Source of the DNA: Gammaproteobacteria bacterium
GTDB lineage: Bacteria; Pseudomonadota; Gammaproteobacteria; CAIUAS01
DNA length: 29,156 nt
Assembly (NCBI GenBank): GCA_041690855.1
Contig: JBEPVU010000001.1
Location: forward strand, 1-29,156
Direction: 5' to 3'
The number at the start of each line of letters is the position of its first letter. Positions within the stretch are counted from its first letter, which is position 1. Shown piece by piece: positions 11,787-21,524 of this stretch. The notes below the pieces were generated by a model. The model was not told the origin of the DNA. It was given only the letters and a program-made list of their open reading frames with translations, and did not search any database. A program made the position numbers and the translations under genes.

Positions 11787-12151
11787 AAAAAATATTACTA
11801 ATAGACGATGATCCCATTAGCCTGCGTGTATTAACCAATTATTTACAAGCATCCCCTTATGAATGCCAGACAGCAGAAGATGGTTTGCAAGCCTGGGAAC
11901 TACTGCAACAGCATCCCACGGCATTCGCGTTAATTATTTCCGATCGCATTATGCCAGGCTTGCATGGGCTGCAACTGTTAGCAAAGATGCAGACACATGC
12001 TGAGTTATGCAAAATTCCCCTGGTGTTATTGACCGGCGAAGCCGAAAAAGCCGAGCAGATCGAGGCTATCAAAGCGGGCGTGGTCGATTTTTTATATAAA
12101 CCTGTTGACCAGCAATTGCTGTTGACTTTCCTGAAAAGAATATTAAAATAA
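11783..12151 (+). CDS. Single-domain response regulator (CheY-like receiver)
   Basis: ILLIDDD, phospho-Asp in [22 protein letters not shown] overlap with ubiB. Confidence 0.9.
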   Translation: MKKILLIDDDPISLRVLTNYLQASPYECQTAEDGLQAWELLQQHPTAFALIISDRIMPGLHGLQLLAKMQTHAELCKIPLVLLTGEAEKAEQIEAIKAGVVDFLYKPVDQQLLLTFLKRILK

Positions 12152-12289
12152 TTCTTTATTTCATTAAAACATCTTTAATAAATTGATGCTGGCTATCCTC
12201 CTAGACGAAGGCAGGTTCACTCTTCTATGGAAATCTGAAATATTAATAATAATAGTTTTTATTGGCTATTTTTTAATGAAGTGCTCTTT

Positions 12290-12727
12290 CTAATTGCCCC
12301 AACACTCCGTTACGGTGTTTGTTCCACTAATACTTTTCTGTCCCGTTTGAGTCAGTGAAAAATTTGCACAGGCGCTATCGCTTGCCTGGCTGGTGCCGGT
12401 AATGGGTGTGGCTTGCAGGGTATACGCAGTCGCGCTTAAGGTTGGAATCGATAAAGTATAATAACCTTGCGTAGTAGTCGCGCTGCTTAAGCCTAAATTG
12501 CCAGTAATGCTGGCGCTGCTGTAACTATTATTATTTTCGGCGTAATAACGTTCCATTCGAGTGGCTAAATCCATTAAAGCGATAGTGGCTTCTGTGCGGC
12601 GCGATTTGCGCAGATAGCTCATATAACTCGGTACAGCAATTATTGTGATAATAGCCAGAATCACAATAGCGATTACCATTTCGACTAAACTCATGCCGAA
12701 AATTTTTTTAGTCTGTTGCATGCGCAT
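12290..12727 (-). CDS. pilE: Type IV minor pilin, PilE-like
   Basis: Prepilin cleavage site G|MSLVEMVIAIVIL, PSYMSYLRKSRRTEA, MERYYAENNNSY, C-terminal Cys pair. Confidence 0.85.
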   Translation of the reverse strand: MRMQQTKKIFGMSLVEMVIAIVILAIITIIAVPSYMSYLRKSRRTEATIALMDLATRMERYYAENNNSYSSASITGNLGLSSATTTQGYYTLSIPTLSATAYTLQATPITGTSQASDSACANFSLTQTGQKSISGTNTVTECWGN

Positions 12728-12730
12728 GGC

Positions 12731-13690
12731 TTACTCCTTGAAACCAGCAGCACTCAAGCCATTAAACTGACTGCCAATGCTATGCGCGAATTGTGCGCCC
12801 AGGCTACCAAAAACCTGATCCAGTAAATTAGGTTTAATACTGTAATCAACAATGTTATCGCATTTAATAACACTGCGGGCGACAGAATTTACATCGCCAA
12901 AACCATCGATTAAACCTAATGGCAATGCCTGCGTACCTGTCCAGACTAAACCCGAAAATAAATTCGGATCACTTTTCAAGCGGTCGCCACGGCCTTGCTG
13001 GACTTTTTTAATAAACTGCGTATGTACACTATCCAGCATTGCCTGTGCGTAATGTTCATCTTCTGGTTTCATGGGCGAGAAAGGATCCAGAAAACCTTTA
13101 TGGCTGCCGGCTGTCATTAACCGGCGTTCAACGCCTAGCTTGTGCATACCATCGACAAAACCAAAACCATCGAGCAACACGCCTACGGAACCTACCAGAC
13201 TGGAAGGATCGGCATAAATATCATCCGCAGCCGAAGCAATAAAATAAGCCGCTGAAGCGCATAAATCGGAGCAGACCGCATAGACTTTAATTTTCTTATG
13301 CGCGGCGCGCAGATAGCGGATTTCTTCATAAATCTGCGAAGCCTGCACAGGGCTGCCGCCGGGGCTATTGATACTTAAAATAATCGCCTTAGTATTTTTT
13401 TCTTTAAAAGCGTCTTGCAGGGCTTGAATGGTATCATCGGCATTTGCCTGCTTGTCCGCCGCGATAACGCCATCGATAGTAATCAAAGCCGTATGCTCTT
13501 TGACACGGCCAGCGGCGCTCCAGTCGTTATTCGGCCAGAGCAGATATAAAACAGCAAATAGGAAAATAAAGAACAACAGTTTAAAAAACACACCCCAGCG
13601 CCGCTGGCGTTTTTTCTCTTTCAGCGATTCTAATACTAGTTTTTCCAGAGTTTTCTGTTCCCAGCCAGGGATGTTTAACTGTTCGCTCAT
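12731..13690 (-). CDS. sppA: S49 family signal peptide peptidase (SppA-like)
   Basis: One TM helix, INSPGGSPVQASQIY, CASAAYFIASAAD, GSVGV, AGSHKGFLDPF. Confidence 0.88.
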   Translation of the reverse strand: MSEQLNIPGWEQKTLEKLVLESLKEKKRQRRWGVFFKLLFFIFLFAVLYLLWPNNDWSAAGRVKEHTALITIDGVIAADKQANADDTIQALQDAFKEKNTKAIILSINSPGGSPVQASQIYEEIRYLRAAHKKIKVYAVCSDLCASAAYFIASAADDIYADPSSLVGSVGVLLDGFGFVDGMHKLGVERRLMTAGSHKGFLDPFSPMKPEDEHYAQAMLDSVHTQFIKKVQQGRGDRLKSDPNLFSGLVWTGTQALPLGLIDGFGDVNSVARSVIKCDNIVDYSIKPNLLDQVFGSLGAQFAHSIGSQFNGLSAAGFKE

Positions 13691-13749
13691 AGCTTACCTC
13701 GTGATGACAATACGTTGCATTATAACGTATTTCATCAGAGGATAAAGCT
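13691..13749. promoter_or_regulatory. Long imperfect palindrome filling the kinase-sppA spacer and covering the sppA SD
   Basis: AGCTT-a-CCTC-g-TGATGA-c-AATACGTT-gcattat-AACGTATT-TCATCA-GAGG-ata-AAGCT. Confidence 0.6.
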
Positions 13750-13754
13750 ATTTT

Positions 13755-16289
13755 CTAGGGGTGTGGAGGGAGTGGTTTTAATTGATCTGATATTTTCTGT
13801 TGGGTGTTGCCTGGGTTTAGGGAAGACTGATTATCAACTTTGGCAAGCTTTTTAAAACTTAGAATTGGATTATAATTCGGATTAGTATTTGTTGAGGAAC
13901 CAACCTTTTTTACTGTGCTTGGTTTCGCATTATCTGAGTTACCAATAGCATTACCAGTAGATTTTCTAGCGGTATGAATTTCATAGGAGCCTTGCGCTAT
14001 TAGAGAAATGCCGATAAATGCTACGCCAGCCATAATGATAACGCCGGCAAAAGGAATTAATAGGCAGAAAGGGCTTGCTAATGTTAATACTGATCCCCCT
14101 AAAATTTTCCATAAGCCGTGGGAAGATTTAGGTTTATTTGTTGTTTCCGTTTTTGGAATGGGGGTATTTACTTTGGGGGGAATTGGGTTTGAATTTTTTA
14201 AATTAGGGCGCTTGTTTTTTGAGTCTGAAATAGGACTTTTTATCTGAGATGAGTTAATTTTTTTTCTTTTATCAAGAGATTTTAATTCTTTATTAAACTT
14301 TTCTAAGTTTTTTTCTGCTGAAAGGGATTTGCTTACAATTGTTTTAAAAATTTCAATTTTTTCATTAATTGCTAGCGAAATATTTTTGGTTTGACTTTTG
14401 TCTGTATTCTTTTCAAGGGTGTCATCAGAAGTTACTGAAAAATCATATTGTTTCCAGGTTTGATCCTTAATATAGCTTGATTGACTCCAGAATCCGTTTG
14501 CCATTAAATGTAGTTGAGCAAAATCGCTCCATTGCTGTTCTGAGTCTGGTGGAGGATTATGAGATAATCTTTTCACTATAGTAAAAAATTTTAAAAGCTC
14601 CTCACTGTCAGGCCGTTGATGGTACTCTTTCTGCATCCGCTGCAGAAATTTTATTATCAGGTTTTTTAGATCACTGACTAGATTTTTTGGTAACTCGAAG
14701 TCTTGAAATAAACCTATAAAATCGAAAGGAATTTTTGAATACTTTTCATAATCTTTCGGGTTGTTTTTCGGGTTGTTTTTGTCTTGCTTTTGCGCTTCCG
14801 TTTTAGTGGCAACCGGATTAACAACACCTAATAATTTAAGAATAACAGGTAATAAACTATATAGATCACTTTTAAGGCCAGTCATAGGAATAAAAGCTTC
14901 AGGTGGCATGAAATCTAAGGTGCCACCTGTAAGAGTATCGGGGGAAATATCCTGTGGATTAATCTCGGCATTAATAAGGTCAGATAGACCAAAATCTATC
15001 ACAAAAGCATTTTCTTTCTTATCATCTAAAATAATATTATCAGGTTTTATATCATTATGTCGCACTTGTTTGTTATGCAATTTTGCGTTGTGGAATTCAT
15101 AGATTTGCAAAATCAATTGCCAGACTAACGTAACGCTTTCAGCAAACGTTGTGTTAATAGTAGTAGTTTTCCCCAAATTTTCTTTGCCCAGCATGTCCAT
15201 AACTATGATAGATTGAGTTTTATTCTGATTAACCTGTGTCACTTCAAATAGTTGGGTTGGATAATATTGACGAGTAATTTTAAATTCTTGGAGAAAGATA
15301 TCATGAAAGCCAGGATAGTCCTGTGCAGTCTGGTTTGGAATTTTAGCGGCCAAGGAGACAATAATAGGCCCGGTAGATTCTATTTGATAACCATAAGTTT
15401 GGCATACCTTGCTGAAATTGCCGGTACCTATGAGGGTATTATCAATAATTAAAAATTTGTCGTTATTTGAGCTAATTTTTACTATTATATAGTTAATATT
15501 TTGATGGGTGTATGGAACATATTTATTAACACCGATGTTATCCGCATTAGATTTTTTTATTATTTCAGCGATTACATCGACAGATAGTGAATCCTGAGAT
15601 ATTTTGACAGAAAATTCCTCTACTAATTTTTTTTGAAAATTTATCAGGGATTTTTTTAAATCTGCATTTGCAGCGGGTAAATCCATTAAAACTAATGCGA
15701 TTGCACCGTGTAGCCTCGTTGCATATTCAGCCAATTTAAAGCTCTTTTTAGGATCTGCTAGAACTGTAAGAAGAGCCTCTAGAGTTTTTTTGAATTTTTG
15801 TATCGCTTCATTATTTAAATCAAGGGTAATTTTTTGTAAGGCCAGGAGTATTTTCCTAAAATGAAAAGAAGTGTTTTTAAATGAAACTTCGTTTTCTTGG
15901 TATAATGTATCGATTTGTTCAATAATTTTTGTATGGAAATTAAGTAAGTTGTTTTTGTCTTGTTGATTTTGGTTTGAACTTAAAGTGGCAGGTGATTCGC
16001 CATTGCTTTCCTCTGGTAAAGCATTATTTTTTTTATTCTGTAATGCGTAATTAATTTCCTGCGCCAACTGTAATAATAATTTTGTCAACTCGTCTATTAA
16101 TATTGGGTCTTCGCCAGAATTTTGTTGAATTCGCTTATTTATTTGCGTTTTTAAATAAGATAGGAATTCTTGTATTGTTTCATTCTGGCTGGTATTGAAA
16201 ATCTCCAAAGCCTTAATAATTTCATCGGTGATTTTACTGAGCTTTTCACTTGTGCAAATGTCAGAGGAAATAATAGTTGTGCCAGGCAT
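13755..16289 (-). CDS. Eukaryotic-like Ser/Thr protein kinase with C-terminal hydrophobic hairpin, candidate secreted effector
   Basis: IGTGNFSKV, AAK, HNDIKPDNIIL, DFG, GGTLDFMPPE, DLYSL. Helical N-terminus, K/P-rich linker, two TM segments near the C-terminus. AT-rich. Confidence 0.85.
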   Translation of the reverse strand: MPGTTIISSDICTSEKLSKITDEIIKALEIFNTSQNETIQEFLSYLKTQINKRIQQNSGEDPILIDELTKLLLQLAQEINYALQNKKNNALPEESNGESPATLSSNQNQQDKNNLLNFHTKIIEQIDTLYQENEVSFKNTSFHFRKILLALQKITLDLNNEAIQKFKKTLEALLTVLADPKKSFKLAEYATRLHGAIALVLMDLPAANADLKKSLINFQKKLVEEFSVKISQDSLSVDVIAEIIKKSNADNIGVNKYVPYTHQNINYIIVKISSNNDKFLIIDNTLIGTGNFSKVCQTYGYQIESTGPIIVSLAAKIPNQTAQDYPGFHDIFLQEFKITRQYYPTQLFEVTQVNQNKTQSIIVMDMLGKENLGKTTTINTTFAESVTLVWQLILQIYEFHNAKLHNKQVRHNDIKPDNIILDDKKENAFVIDFGLSDLINAEINPQDISPDTLTGGTLDFMPPEAFIPMTGLKSDLYSLLPVILKLLGVVNPVATKTEAQKQDKNNPKNNPKDYEKYSKIPFDFIGLFQDFELPKNLVSDLKNLIIKFLQRMQKEYHQRPDSEELLKFFTIVKRLSHNPPPDSEQQWSDFAQLHLMANGFWSQSSYIKDQTWKQYDFSVTSDDTLEKNTDKSQTKNISLAINEKIEIFKTIVSKSLSAEKNLEKFNKELKSLDKRKKINSSQIKSPISDSKNKRPNLKNSNPIPPKVNTPIPKTETTNKPKSSHGLWKILGGSVLTLASPFCLLIPFAGVIIMAGVAFIGISLIAQGSYEIHTARKSTGNAIGNSDNAKPSTVKKVGSSTNTNPNYNPILSFKKLAKVDNQSSLNPGNTQQKISDQLKPLPPHP

Positions 16290-16330
16290 GGTTATAATCT
16301 CTTCCAGTAAAAATTTAATGTTATTTTTAG

Positions 16331-16363
16331 AGTATAGAAGAATAAGCTTAAGAAAACCTTAAC
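16331..16363 (-). promoter_or_regulatory. PmrA-type box plus -10 upstream of the kinase
   Basis: Minus strand gTTAA-GG-TT-TT-cTTAA (16363-16348), then 11 nt, then TATACT (16336-16331). Confidence 0.7.
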
Positions 16364-16449
16364 TACAACAATATCTCTTTATTTATGTATATATAAATTT
16401 GTATACTATGCAAATAATTTTATGTTTTTAGCAGCGATTGTTCCATTAA

Positions 16450-16476
16450 CTTGAATTTGCTCTAATTGCCCTTATA
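16450..16476 (+). promoter_or_regulatory. Sigma32-type promoter for clpB
   Basis: CTTGAA-N13-CCCTTATA upstream of a canonical heat-shock gene. Confidence 0.55.
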
Positions 16477-16512
16477 TTTTTAAATATAGACCTTAAATAA
16501 TAGGGAAAAACC

Positions 16513-19092
16513 ATGAGCCTTAATAAACTAACCACCAAGTTTCAATCCGCCCTTGCCGAAGCGCAATCGCTGGCAGTAGGGCGCGACAATCAATTTATTG
16601 AACCTATCCATCTGATGAAAGCCTTGTTAGACCAGCAGGATGGCGCTGCGCGCGCTTTATTGACGAAAGCGAATGTGAATGTCAGTAAGCTCCGTGCTGA
16701 TTTAGATCAGGCGATGAGTCAGTTGCCACAAGTGGCGGGTTCTGCGCCTGGTGAAGTGTATCCTTCCAATGAATTAACGCGCTTATTAAATTACACCGAT
16801 AAATTGGCGCAAAAGCGCAAAGATCACTATATCTCCAGTGAATTGTTTATCTTGGCGGCCATAGAAGATACGGGTGCGTTAGGCAATTTAATGAAAAAAG
16901 CCAGCGCTACTAAAACGGCTGTTGAAAAAGCGATTGATGAAGTGCGTGGCGGTGAAAGTGTCGGCGATGAAGGCGCCGAAGGCCGCCGCCAGGCGCTGGA
17001 AAAATATACGATTGATTTAACCGAACGCGCCGAAAAAGGCCAGTTGGATCCGGTGATCGGGCGTGATGATGAAATCCGCCGTACGATTCAGGTATTACAA
17101 CGCCGCACCAAAAATAATCCTGTCTTAATTGGCGAACCTGGCGTGGGTAAAACCGCGATTGTAGAAGGTTTGGCGCAGCGCATTGTGAATGGCGAAGTGC
17201 CGGAAGGTTTAAAAAGCAAGCGGATTTTAGCATTGGATATGGCGGCGTTAATTGCCGGCGCCAAATACCGCGGTGAATTTGAAGAACGCTTAAAAGCGGT
17301 ATTAAAAGATGTGTCTAAACAGCAAGGGCAGATTATTTTATTTATCGATGAATTGCATACTATGGTAGGCGCTGGTAAAGCCGAAGGTGCGATGGATGCC
17401 GGCAATATGCTAAAACCTGCATTAGCGCGCGGCGAATTGCATTGCGTAGGCGCAACGACCTTAGATGAGTATCGTAAATATATTGAAAAAGATGCTGCTT
17501 TAGAACGGCGCTTCCAGAAAGTGTTAGTTGATGAACCCAGCGTAGAAGATGCCATTGCCATTTTGCGTGGGTTAAAAGAACGCTATGAAGTGCATCATGG
17601 CGTAGTCATTACTGATGCGGCAATTGTTGCCGCAGCGACTTTATCGCAGCGCTATATCACCGATCGTAATTTACCGGATAAAGCCATTGATTTAATCGAT
17701 GAAGCCGCCAGCTGTCTGCGTATGGAAATTGATTCCAAACCCGAAGCCATGGATAAATTAGATCGCCGTTTAATTCAATTAAAAATCGAACGCGAAGCTT
17801 TGAAAAAAGAAACCGATGAAGCGTCCAAAAAACGCTTAACAAAATTAGAAGATGAAATTGGCGTGTTAGAAAAAGAATACGCTGATTTAGCGGAAGTCTG
17901 GCAGGCCGAAAAAGCGATTTTGCAAGGTACGCAACATATTAAAAGTGAATTAGAACGTGCGCGGCTGAATTTAGAAGCGGCCAGACGCAGCGGTGATTTA
18001 ACTAAAATGTCGGAACTGCAATATGGCCGTATTCCTGAATTAGAAAAACAATTGCAACAAGCGGAACAGGCGGAAAAAAACGAAAAACATTTATTGCGTA
18101 ATAAAGTCGCTGAAGAAGAAATTGCCGAAGTGGTTTCTAAGTGGACGCATATTCCGGTAGCAAAAATGCTAGAAGGCGAGCGCGAAAAATTATTGCAGAT
18201 GGAAACTATTTTACATAAACGCGTGATTGGTCAGGATGAAGCTGTGAGCGTAGTGGCCAATGCCATTCGCCGTTCGCGTGCGGGCTTAGCTGATCCTGAT
18301 CGTCCGATGGGTTCGTTTATGTTTTTAGGACCAACGGGTGTGGGCAAAACCGAATTATGCAAAGCGCTGTCAATGTTTTTATTTGATACCGAAGAAGCGA
18401 TGGTGCGTATTGATATGTCAGAATTTATGGAAAAACATTCCGTAGCTCGTTTAATCGGTGCGCCGCCTGGCTATGTGGGTTATGAAGAGGGAGGCTATTT
18501 AACCGAAGCGGTGCGCCGCCGGCCTTATGCCGTTATTTTACTGGATGAAATTGAAAAAGCGCATCACGATGTTTTTAATATTTTATTGCAGGTATTGGAT
18601 GATGGTCGCTTGACCGATGGACAGGGGCGTACTGTAGATTTTCGTAATGCCGTGATTGTTATGACATCTAATTTAGGGTCACAATTAATTCAGGATTTAG
18701 GCAAAGATGAAGATTACGCCACGATAAAAAGTGCGGTACTGGAAGTAGTCACACAGCATTTTCGGCCGGAATTTATTAATCGTGTTGATGAGGTTGTGGT
18801 ATTCCATCCACTTGGGAAAAAACAAATTCATGCGATTGCCACGATTCAAATCGAACGCTTACGTGCGCGCCTGCGTGAGAAAAATCTGCAATTGCACATC
18901 ACTGATGCGGCGATAGACCATTTGTCCGCAGTGGGTTTTGATCCCGTTTATGGCGCAAGGCCGTTAAAACGCGCCATTCAGCAAAACCTGGAAAATCCTT
19001 TAGCGAAAGACATACTGGAAGGCAAATTCCTGCCGGGCGATACGATAAAAGTGGATTATCAGGATGAAAAACTGTTGTTTGCGAAAGCCTAA
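16513..19092 (+). CDS. clpB: ATP-dependent disaggregase ClpB
   Basis: Two AAA+ modules ([16 protein letters not shown]), coiled-coil M domain, GYVGYEEGG. 859 aa. Confidence 0.98.
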   Translation: MSLNKLTTKFQSALAEAQSLAVGRDNQFIEPIHLMKALLDQQDGAARALLTKANVNVSKLRADLDQAMSQLPQVAGSAPGEVYPSNELTRLLNYTDKLAQKRKDHYISSELFILAAIEDTGALGNLMKKASATKTAVEKAIDEVRGGESVGDEGAEGRRQALEKYTIDLTERAEKGQLDPVIGRDDEIRRTIQVLQRRTKNNPVLIGEPGVGKTAIVEGLAQRIVNGEVPEGLKSKRILALDMAALIAGAKYRGEFEERLKAVLKDVSKQQGQIILFIDELHTMVGAGKAEGAMDAGNMLKPALARGELHCVGATTLDEYRKYIEKDAALERRFQKVLVDEPSVEDAIAILRGLKERYEVHHGVVITDAAIVAAATLSQRYITDRNLPDKAIDLIDEAASCLRMEIDSKPEAMDKLDRRLIQLKIEREALKKETDEASKKRLTKLEDEIGVLEKEYADLAEVWQAEKAILQGTQHIKSELERARLNLEAARRSGDLTKMSELQYGRIPELEKQLQQAEQAEKNEKHLLRNKVAEEEIAEVVSKWTHIPVAKMLEGEREKLLQMETILHKRVIGQDEAVSVVANAIRRSRAGLADPDRPMGSFMFLGPTGVGKTELCKALSMFLFDTEEAMVRIDMSEFMEKHSVARLIGAPPGYVGYEEGGYLTEAVRRRPYAVILLDEIEKAHHDVFNILLQVLDDGRLTDGQGRTVDFRNAVIVMTSNLGSQLIQDLGKDEDYATIKSAVLEVVTQHFRPEFINRVDEVVVFHPLGKKQIHAIATIQIERLRARLREKNLQLHITDAAIDHLSAVGFDPVYGARPLKRAIQQNLENPLAKDILEGKFLPGDTIKVDYQDEKLLFAKA

Positions 19093-19154
19093 CATTGACA
19101 AACTATTTCTCCTATATCAGTATGAGATATTCTATAAGCAAACTTAAAAATACC

Positions 19155-21452
19155 ATGAAAAAATACCGCAATAAAATATTATTCTCAGTTGGATTATTAG
19201 CTGCTTCATTCCTCTTACTTGCTCAACCAGCTCATGCAGATTCAACGCCTTTAAGCTTGATTAACATTTATCCGAACACATATTATTCTGATATTCATCG
19301 ACATAATATATATTATTATTTATTAAAAAATAATCAAGCTAACCCTGTTTTCTTTGAAATAAGTCCACTTACTCATGGGCTGCACGTTAATCAACGTATT
19401 TCTACTTGTAGTAATGGTTTAGCGGCAGGTGCAAGCTGCAAATTAGTAATCAGTTTTGATGTACCTAACAAAATAGGTCAAATACAAACTCAGCTCATTA
19501 TTACTACTAAAGATAAGCAATCTATTCAATTTCCTCTTACGTATAATGTTCCTGCTAAACCTACAGCAATTAAAACTATTGCCAGTACAAGTGTTGATCA
19601 TTGGCAAGCAACTGGCCCTTATGGCGGTCAAGTGATGGATATTGCTATTTCTCCCTCTGATCCAAATCATTTATTTGCAGGTGTTTATGGCGCAGGGGTG
19701 TATAAATCAACTGATGGCGGTAAAAATTGGACGCCAGTAAATAATGGTATGACTACTTTAAATGTTCAACAATTGCTAATAAAGGGTGACGCAATTTATG
19801 CTGTTACTTTTGATGGTGGAATTTTTAAATCTAACGATGATGGCACGCATTGGATAGCTATAAATAATGGTTTGCCTTTTCCTGCTTATATTGGTGTTCT
19901 GGCTGCTGATAACAATACCTTATACGCGAGCGATGATGTTGGTGGGATTTTTCGTTCTACTGATGGAGGTATCCATTGGACAACAATAGGAAATAATTTT
20001 CCCGAAAATGTGAATTCCAATGCGATACTAATAAAAGGCAATGTTATTTATGCAGGGACAGAAGGCGCAGGACTGCTTAAATCTGAAGATAGCGGAAAAA
20101 CATGGGCATACGCTAATAATGGAATAGGTAATAATGTTATAAATACTTTATTCGATGATAACGGTATTTTATATGCAGGTACACCCAATTACGGAGCAAC
20201 AGATGATTCGGTATATAAATCAACAGATGGTGGACAACATTGGACACTGGCGAGTAATGGTTTAGGTATCAACAATATCACTAGCTTTGCAAAACAAGGT
20301 AAAGCTATTTATGCCGGTGCAGGTTCTCAGTCAGTGGGTAATGGAGTATTAATATCGCATGGCGGAGTATTTAAAACCACTGACGGTGGCAGAATCTGGA
20401 CACCGATTGCCAGGCTTGATTATCAATTTGTAGATAAAGTTATTGCAAATAATTCTACATTATATGCTGCAACGGCTGGTGGACTTTATCAAAGTAGAAA
20501 CGGTGGCAGTAATTGGACTGCAATAAACAATGGAATTAATGGTAATTGGATAACCAGCCTGCTGGTATTACCAGATGCTATCTATGCGGGCACTGCAACC
20601 TCTGGCATTTTCAAATCAACTGACAATGGTATGACTTGGGCATCTATAAATGCTGAAACTAATCTCAATAATAGTTTAGGCATTATTGGCATAACTTCTG
20701 ACAACAACAAAAATATTTATGTAAATTACATAAGCTCTGAAATAACGCGAGGACAATATACGCTCACAGGTATATATAAATCATATGATGGCGGACACAG
20801 TTGGATATTATTAATTCCTCCTAGTCATGGCACGAATCCCGTTATACCTTCTGCAATGTTAAATCAAGACTCAGCTTTCTATATTGGAACGGTAATGTGG
20901 GGCGTTTACCAATCTCTGGATGGTGGAGCATCATGGCAGCAATTTGCTCCAGGATTTCCTAACGAACAAATAGCTAGTATGACTGTTTTAAATAAAATGT
21001 TTTATGTTATTAACAACGGTCTTGGTATATATAAAACTTCTATTTCCGGCACAGAGCAATGGAACAGCGCATTTGGTAATCTGCCTTCTATACAAGTAAT
21101 AAATGGTTTAGTACCTGTAAAAAATGGCTTGCTTGCAAATTCCTTACTAGTGCTTACTAATCTAGGAATCTATGCAAGCAAAGATGGCGGACAAAACTGG
21201 CTGCCACTCAACAATGGATTACTGCCTTATACTAATGTTACTAGCTTACTACAGCTTAATGACACTACCTTTATCGCTGGTACATCTGATGGTATATATA
21301 AGTCAATTGATAGCGGTCAAAACTGGTGGCCAGATAGTAATGGCCTGAATCAAATTGTTCCTATTAATAATTTAGTGAGCGATGGTAATTATGAATTTGC
21401 CGGAACGATGGCGGGAATTTATAGAGCGAGCTTACTACCAAAAACTAATTAA
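19155..21452 (+). CDS. Secreted protein: Ig-like domain plus BNR/Asp-box beta-propeller
   Basis: Signal peptide MKKYRNKILFSVGLLAASFLLLAQPAHA (start moved from 19095). Cys-pair Ig-like domain (TCSNGLAAGASCKL). About 13 S-x-D-x-G-x-x-W Asp boxes. Confidence 0.8.
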   Translation: MKKYRNKILFSVGLLAASFLLLAQPAHADSTPLSLINIYPNTYYSDIHRHNIYYYLLKNNQANPVFFEISPLTHGLHVNQRISTCSNGLAAGASCKLVISFDVPNKIGQIQTQLIITTKDKQSIQFPLTYNVPAKPTAIKTIASTSVDHWQATGPYGGQVMDIAISPSDPNHLFAGVYGAGVYKSTDGGKNWTPVNNGMTTLNVQQLLIKGDAIYAVTFDGGIFKSNDDGTHWIAINNGLPFPAYIGVLAADNNTLYASDDVGGIFRSTDGGIHWTTIGNNFPENVNSNAILIKGNVIYAGTEGAGLLKSEDSGKTWAYANNGIGNNVINTLFDDNGILYAGTPNYGATDDSVYKSTDGGQHWTLASNGLGINNITSFAKQGKAIYAGAGSQSVGNGVLISHGGVFKTTDGGRIWTPIARLDYQFVDKVIANNSTLYAATAGGLYQSRNGGSNWTAINNGINGNWITSLLVLPDAIYAGTATSGIFKSTDNGMTWASINAETNLNNSLGIIGITSDNNKNIYVNYISSEITRGQYTLTGIYKSYDGGHSWILLIPPSHGTNPVIPSAMLNQDSAFYIGTVMWGVYQSLDGGASWQQFAPGFPNEQIASMTVLNKMFYVINNGLGIYKTSISGTEQWNSAFGNLPSIQVINGLVPVKNGLLANSLLVLTNLGIYASKDGGQNWLPLNNGLLPYTNVTSLLQLNDTTFIAGTSDGIYKSIDSGQNWWPDSNGLNQIVPINNLVSDGNYEFAGTMAGIYRASLLPKTN

Positions 21453-21485
21453 TAGGGCATTCCCACCACGAGATTTGAAGGGTTT

Positions 21486-21517
21486 TGACTATTTTGCAGA
21501 CCGTTACAAAATAGTCA
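21486..21517. terminator. 11-bp hairpin between convergent genes, possible terminator
   Basis: TGACTATTTTG-N10-CAAAATAGTCA, with no clean U tract on either strand. Confidence 0.4.
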
Positions 21518-21524
21518 GCTATAT

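Noticed and set aside
14757-14780. 12-bp tandem repeat (NNPKNNPK) in the kinase
   Set aside because: Only two copies in a loop region, consistent with ordinary slippage.
16389-16416. TGTATA-centred sequence resembling a dif/pdif site
   Set aside because: The XerC arm does not match and the XerD arm matches only about half. It is more likely AT-rich promoter DNA.
19095-19125. Perfect TTGACA after clpB as a promoter for the propeller gene
   Set aside because: No acceptable -10 hexamer at 16-18 nt spacing, so it is not called as a feature.
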